Of a stretch of 62,618 bases of DNA, positions 58,428 to 62,618 are shown piece by piece (positions within the stretch are counted from its first letter, which is position 1; each line of letters begins with the position of its first letter). Origin of the DNA: an uncultured Bacilli bacterium (lineage in GTDB: Bacteria > Bacillota_I > Bacilli_A > RF39 > UBA660); assembly GCA_934130485.1 (NCBI GenBank), contig CAKOYE010000002.1:1-62618 (forward strand), given 5' to 3'. The position numbers were made by a program, and so were the translations under genes. Under the pieces are notes generated by a model that was not told the origin of the DNA, made no database searches, and was given only the letters and a program-made list of their open reading frames with translations.

Positions 58428-59048
58428 TTATAAATTTTCTTTTATTTCTTGAAACAAATCATAAATATTATAATTTAATAAGTTGTCAAAATATTTTTTT
58501 AATTTTACAGTTTGTTCTATATGATAATGTGTTTTGTCAAATACACCATGTCTTAATAATAAATCTATCATTCTTTTTTCAACAGTTAATATTTTAGTAG
58601 TACACATCAAATCACATAAATTTATTATTTTTTCTTCCAAACTATATTCATTCTTTATATATCCTTTCACAAAATCATAATGTGGATTATATTTATCAGT
58701 TTCATCTCTATTATTTGCTATACAATCTATATCATTGTTAAGAAAAGAATGCTTAATACAAATTCCTGCATATTCTTCATCATATCCAAAACTCTTTATA
58801 TAGTTATAACCATTTATGGCATGAGGAAATACATCTCCATGTTCATTAAAACTTTTACCGATATCATGAATATAGCCAAATGATATTACTTTATCAACAT
58901 CTACATCATATCCTTTTTCATTCAATGCATTTGCAATAACACCGGCACAATTTCCAACACATATACAATGATCAATCCATCTATCATCTTGTACAGTTTT
59001 TCTTATATTTTCTAATATTTCTTTTGCTTTTAAACTTGTTAATTTCAT
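58428..59048 (-). CDS. HD/HDIG-domain phosphohydrolase
   Basis: 206 aa, with H...GYIHDIGK. Confidence 0.7.
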   Translation of the reverse strand: MKLTSLKAKEILENIRKTVQDDRWIDHCICVGNCAGVIANALNEKGYDVDVDKVISFGYIHDIGKSFNEHGDVFPHAINGYNYIKSFGYDEEYAGICIKHSFLNNDIDCIANNRDETDKYNPHYDFVKGYIKNEYSLEEKIINLCDLMCTTKILTVEKRMIDLLLRHGVFDKTHYHIEQTVKLKKYFDNLLNYNIYDLFQEIKENL

Positions 59049-59578
59049 AATTTATACTCCTTCACTCCACAATTATCTGAACCAAAGGGTTCTAACATCC
59101 CATCTTCTGGTATTTCATGAAAATAGAAATATATCCCCCTTGCAACTCCACCATGAGTAACAAGTAAAATATTTTTATTTTTATACTTTTCCTTTATTTC
59201 ATCTAAAAAATTAGCTACTCTATCAAATAATTCTTGTATTGTTTCTAATCCATCAATCCTTTTATTTGAGTAATAATTCCAATAATCAGTATAATAAAAT
59301 TCTCCTAATTTTTCACCTGTTAACTTTCCACAATCTCTTTCTTCTATTCTTTTATCAAAAATTATTGGTATATTGTTTACATTAACAATATTACAAGTAT
59401 GCTTTGCTCTCAATAATGGTGAACATATTATTAAATCAATATTTAGTTTTTTTATATCTTCTTGTACTAATTTTGCTTGTTGTATTCCAATTTCATTAAT
59501 ATCTTCATTTAATTTTCCATTGTATTTATTTTCCTTATTACAATTTGTTTGCCCATGTCTAATTACATATAAATTCAT
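59045..59578 (-). CDS. Histidine phosphatase (phosphoglycerate-mutase family) protein
   Basis: MNLYVIRHGQTNCN carries the RHG motif. I prefer the ATG at 59578 (GAGGTGA 10 nt upstream) over 59587. The C-terminal segment has LLVTHGG. Confidence 0.75.
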   Translation of the reverse strand: MNLYVIRHGQTNCNKENKYNGKLNEDINEIGIQQAKLVQEDIKKLNIDLIICSPLLRAKHTCNIVNVNNIPIIFDKRIEERDCGKLTGEKLGEFYYTDYWNYYSNKRIDGLETIQELFDRVANFLDEIKEKYKNKNILLVTHGGVARGIYFYFHEIPEDGMLEPFGSDNCGVKEYKL

Positions 59579-59587
59579 AATAATCAT

Positions 59588-61018
59588 TCACCTCACGCCT
59601 AATTTATTAAATAAATCACTATATATTTTATCTTTATCTAACTCTGTTACAAAAGTTATACTATGCTGATTTTCTGTTAATTCATAGGAACCATCAGAAT
59701 TTATATTGGGACAGCTTATTTTTTTTGAATCAAACCAATTTTTATTTATCATATATGCAATAACTGATATATCCCAAATTACTCTTGATTCTTTTATTCC
59801 ATGATATCCATCATCATAAAATCTATCTATCAAATAATTGCACAATTGTGACTTATTATTTAAATTATTTCTTAAAGTATTTATATCTATTCTAAGTTCA
59901 GATACAACGTTCTTACAAGGTAATATAGTTAATTTCACCTTAGAATTAAATAGAATTTTAACTGCTTCTATATCTTGTCTAAAATTATATTCTAGATTAT
60001 TTTTATATCCTATCTCATTTCCGCCTAACCATATAATTTCTAGTCTATCAATTATTTTAGGTTCTTTTTTTAAAGCTAGCGCAATATTAGTAATAGCACC
60101 AATAGCTAATATATAAGTTTTATCTTTTTTTAAAGCCACATCTATAATTTTATTTACTGCATCATTATTTTCATTATAACCATTTTGTATGTAATCAATT
60201 GAACCTTTAAATACCTTATTATTTGTATCAAAATTTAACCAATTACATATTTTCAAAATTTCGTTATAGCTCAATGTTTGTCCATCACTAACTGAAACGT
60301 TTTTTGTCTTGTGAGAATATGGTGCTACTGTAATTGCCTCTATATTAAATTTATTCTGAGATTTAATTAAATATGATAATGCAAATTGGTCATCACATTC
60401 ATTATAAGTATCAGTATCTAATATTACATTAATTTTACTATTTTCATGATTTGAAACATATTCATAAAATTCTTTCCAATTTTTAATTCTTTTTATATTT
60501 GCTGATTTATTATAAGGTGTATCCATTAAAACAGTAATAATTCCATTTTCAATACAATCATTGCATGTTTGAATTGAGTCATCAATCATAATATCAATTC
60601 CATGTTCTAAACATTTTTCTGTTTTTGCATGTTTGTCATAAGCATTTGTTAAAATTAAATTATCATAATAAATATTATTTTTATCAAGCCACTCCCTTGT
60701 CATATTATAAGGATCTGTATATTCTCCATTATCTCTTCCCGTAATAATAAAAATAAAATGACCATCTTTATGGAGTTTATCTATATATTCTTTGGCACCA
60801 TCAATGACACCTAATTTCTTTGCTATTCTTTCTATATTATTTTTATAAAATAATTTGTCTTCATCATCTGTCCAATCAAACATACCAGTTCTTATATATT
60901 TTGCTTGTTTATTAACAATACCCGTATTTCTTAACTCTTTGTCATGTAATAAATACTCATTTAATAAAGTATCATTAAAGTTTGATATTACATTATCTAT
61001 ATCTATACCTAATCTCAC
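59588..61018 (-). CDS. Fusion protein: HAD 5'-nucleotidase-like domain plus inosine/uridine-preferring nucleoside hydrolase domain
   Basis: 476 aa. The N-terminal domain is MRLGIDIDNVISN...MIDDS (HAD). From about aa 195, VILDTDTYNECDDQFALSYL matches the IUNH DxDxxxDD signature. Confidence 0.7.
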   Translation of the reverse strand: MRLGIDIDNVISNFNDTLLNEYLLHDKELRNTGIVNKQAKYIRTGMFDWTDDEDKLFYKNNIERIAKKLGVIDGAKEYIDKLHKDGHFIFIITGRDNGEYTDPYNMTREWLDKNNIYYDNLILTNAYDKHAKTEKCLEHGIDIMIDDSIQTCNDCIENGIITVLMDTPYNKSANIKRIKNWKEFYEYVSNHENSKINVILDTDTYNECDDQFALSYLIKSQNKFNIEAITVAPYSHKTKNVSVSDGQTLSYNEILKICNWLNFDTNNKVFKGSIDYIQNGYNENNDAVNKIIDVALKKDKTYILAIGAITNIALALKKEPKIIDRLEIIWLGGNEIGYKNNLEYNFRQDIEAVKILFNSKVKLTILPCKNVVSELRIDINTLRNNLNNKSQLCNYLIDRFYDDGYHGIKESRVIWDISVIAYMINKNWFDSKKISCPNINSDGSYELTENQHSITFVTELDKDKIYSDLFNKLGVR

Positions 61019-61135
61019 CTTTTATTACCTCCATAGTTGATTTTTTTTATTAGAGTAATTATTTATTATCTAAAAAAATTATACCATAATCTATGAAACA
61101 ATAAAAGAAAAACAAACTAAAGTGTTTGTTTAAAA

Positions 61136-61918
61136 TTAATAAGTATGTCCACCATCTACTCCTAAATTTTGAGCAGTAATATTGTTTGCGTCTTCACTAC
61201 ACAAGAATAAAACTGCCTTAGCTATATCAGCAGGTTCCTGTGGTCTTCCCATTGGAATATCTTTTGTAAAGTTTGCAAAAACAGAATCTTTTTTGGAAAC
61301 ATCTCCATTAGTCATTTCATCTAATGCTTTTTCCCATAATGGTGTCCTAATAATACCAGGTAATACGCAGTTTATATTAATATTATCCTTTGCATATTCA
61401 CGAGCTAAACAAGCAGTAAGTTCTAATACGCCAGCTTTAGTTGCAGAATAAATTGCAGCGCCAACACCTCCTAATTTTGCAGCAATACTTGAAATATTAA
61501 CAACTTTACCATAGTGTTTTTGTTTCATAATTGGTAAAACTGCTCTGCATCCATATACAGTACCATTTAAATTTACACTAATTAATTTATCCATTTTTGA
61601 CGTGTCCATATCGTTAAACATTTCTGCTATAAATATTCCTGCATTATTTACTAGAATATCTATAGATCCAAATTTATTAACAACATAATTTGTTAAATCA
61701 ACAAATTCATCATACCTAGAAACATCTATTTTATAAGCCTCAACTTTTGTTCCATAGCTTTCTAATTTTTCTTTTGCCTTCAAAGCTTCATCAATATTTA
61801 TATCAGCAATTATAACATTAGCTTTTGCTTTAACAAATTCCAAAGCAATTGCGTATCCAAGTCCCATACTTGCTCCAGTTACAATTACATTTTTATCTTT
61901 AAAATCATAATTTATCAT
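61136..61918 (-). CDS. SDR-family oxidoreductase (FabG-like)
   Basis: ATG at 61918 follows AGGAGAG. It has VTGASMGLGYAIA (TGxxxGxG), NNAG and YSATKAG (YxxxK). Confidence 0.85.
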   Translation of the reverse strand: MINYDFKDKNVIVTGASMGLGYAIALEFVKAKANVIIADINIDEALKAKEKLESYGTKVEAYKIDVSRYDEFVDLTNYVVNKFGSIDILVNNAGIFIAEMFNDMDTSKMDKLISVNLNGTVYGCRAVLPIMKQKHYGKVVNISSIAAKLGGVGAAIYSATKAGVLELTACLAREYAKDNININCVLPGIIRTPLWEKALDEMTNGDVSKKDSVFANFTKDIPMGRPQEPADIAKAVLFLCSEDANNITAQNLGVDGGHTY

Positions 61919-62015
61919 ATCATCTCTCCTATCTATTATTATTTTACCACAAACTAAATAAATATAATTAAATTTTACATTTATTAACAAAAAAAGCTTA
62001 TTAAATTTTAAGCTT

Positions 62016-62618
62016 TTATTTTTCTAAATATTTTTTCATTATTTTATTTAATTCTTCAACATCAATTGGTTTTGATAAATAATCATTAAATCCAGAACTT
62101 AAATATTTTTCTTTTACACCAACTATTGCATCAGCAGTTAATACTACTACTGGTGTATTGAAATCTTTATTTTCTTTTAATTTATTTAAAGTTTCAACGC
62201 CATCCATCTCGGGCATCATTTGATCTAATAAAATTAAATCATAGTTATTTCCTGATTCAATATCGTTAATACATTCTCTTCCACTAGTTAATAATGTACA
62301 TAAAACTTTATAAGGCTTTAATAGTTTTTCTGCAACTTTTAAATTTAATTTGTTATCATCAACAATTAAAACTTTTTTACCACTTGCATCAAAACTATTT
62401 GCTTTCCTTTTTTGAATCTTTATTAAATCAATATCACCAATAGCTTTTTCATCTATGATTTTTTGCTCAATTACAATTGTAAAAATAGATCCTTCATTAA
62501 CTTTACTTTCAGCAGTAATTGATCCATTTAATAAGTCAATTAATTTCTTTGAAATAGAAAGTCCCATACCACCTATGTAATCTTCATCATTTGATTCAGT
62601 TTTCTTTTTGTCATCAAA
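62016..62618 (-). CDS. Hybrid sensor histidine kinase, 3' part (HATPase_c end plus receiver domain); 5' end lies outside the window
   Basis: GGMGLSISKKLIDLLNGSI is the G2 box region. The receiver domain has KVLIVDDNKLN...LILLDQMMPEMDG...DYLSKP. The frame is open to the window edge. Confidence 0.8.
   Translation of the reverse strand, partial: FDDKKKTESNDEDYIGGMGLSISKKLIDLLNGSITAESKVNEGSIFTIVIEQKIIDEKAIGDIDLIKIQKRKANSFDASGKKVLIVDDNKLNLKVAEKLLKPYKVLCTLLTSGRECINDIESGNNYDLILLDQMMPEMDGVETLNKLKENKDFNTPVVVLTADAIVGVKEKYLSSGFNDYLSKPIDVEELNKIMKKYLEK

Noticed and set aside
1-62618. Use of genetic code 4 (TGA read as Trp), given the extreme AT-richness.
   Set aside because: Conserved proteins (ParC, RecG, GlmS) are uninterrupted under the standard code and their Trp residues are encoded by TGG. 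Cell-wall genes (LCP, VanY-like, deacetylase) also argue against a wall-less mollicute.

Overview
Very AT-rich chromosomal segment from a low-GC Bacillota-type bacterium. The standard genetic code applies: long intact ORFs, Trp encoded by TGG, and AGGAGG-type Shine-Dalgarno sites. I could not assign the taxon more precisely. Most genes lie on the minus strand. Recognisable core genes are parC, an LCP-family wall-polymer ligase, recG, glmS with its glmS ribozyme leader, a hemolysin-III-family protein, a CinA-C/PncC-like protein, HD and histidine-phosphatase proteins, an SDR, and the 3' part of a hybrid histidine kinase. There are three accessory parts. (1) An ~11.4 kb integrase-bearing island (about 14.25-25.64 kb) sits at the recG terminator. 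It is bounded by imperfect direct repeats and by tandem GGTACCTAA sites just inside each end. It carries a six-gene operon: Dam-type methyltransferase, DUF3883-like nuclease, small protein, sacsin/MORC-like GHKL ATPase, and two unknown proteins. I consider this operon the best candidate for an undescribed defence system. The island also carries an MqsR-like toxin with a composite antitoxin, and phased short-repeat arrays around a divergent xis-like/int pair. (2) A cell-surface polysaccharide/glycosylation locus (28.0-35.1 kb and 47.4-54.9 kb) is split by a ~12.2 kb insert. The insert contains two near-identical 2.9 kb direct repeats (degenerate IS110-type element, hydrolase and HExxH protein) flanking peptidase and cell-wall-type genes. 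(3) Smaller oddities: a collagen-like gene frameshifted at a homopolymer, a kinase-like gene with an in-frame stop, a DUF2130 nuclease paired with a MutS-domain-I-like protein, and an orphan sRNA candidate. I found no rRNA, tRNA or CRISPR array. All functional calls come from motif recognition by eye; no database searches were run.
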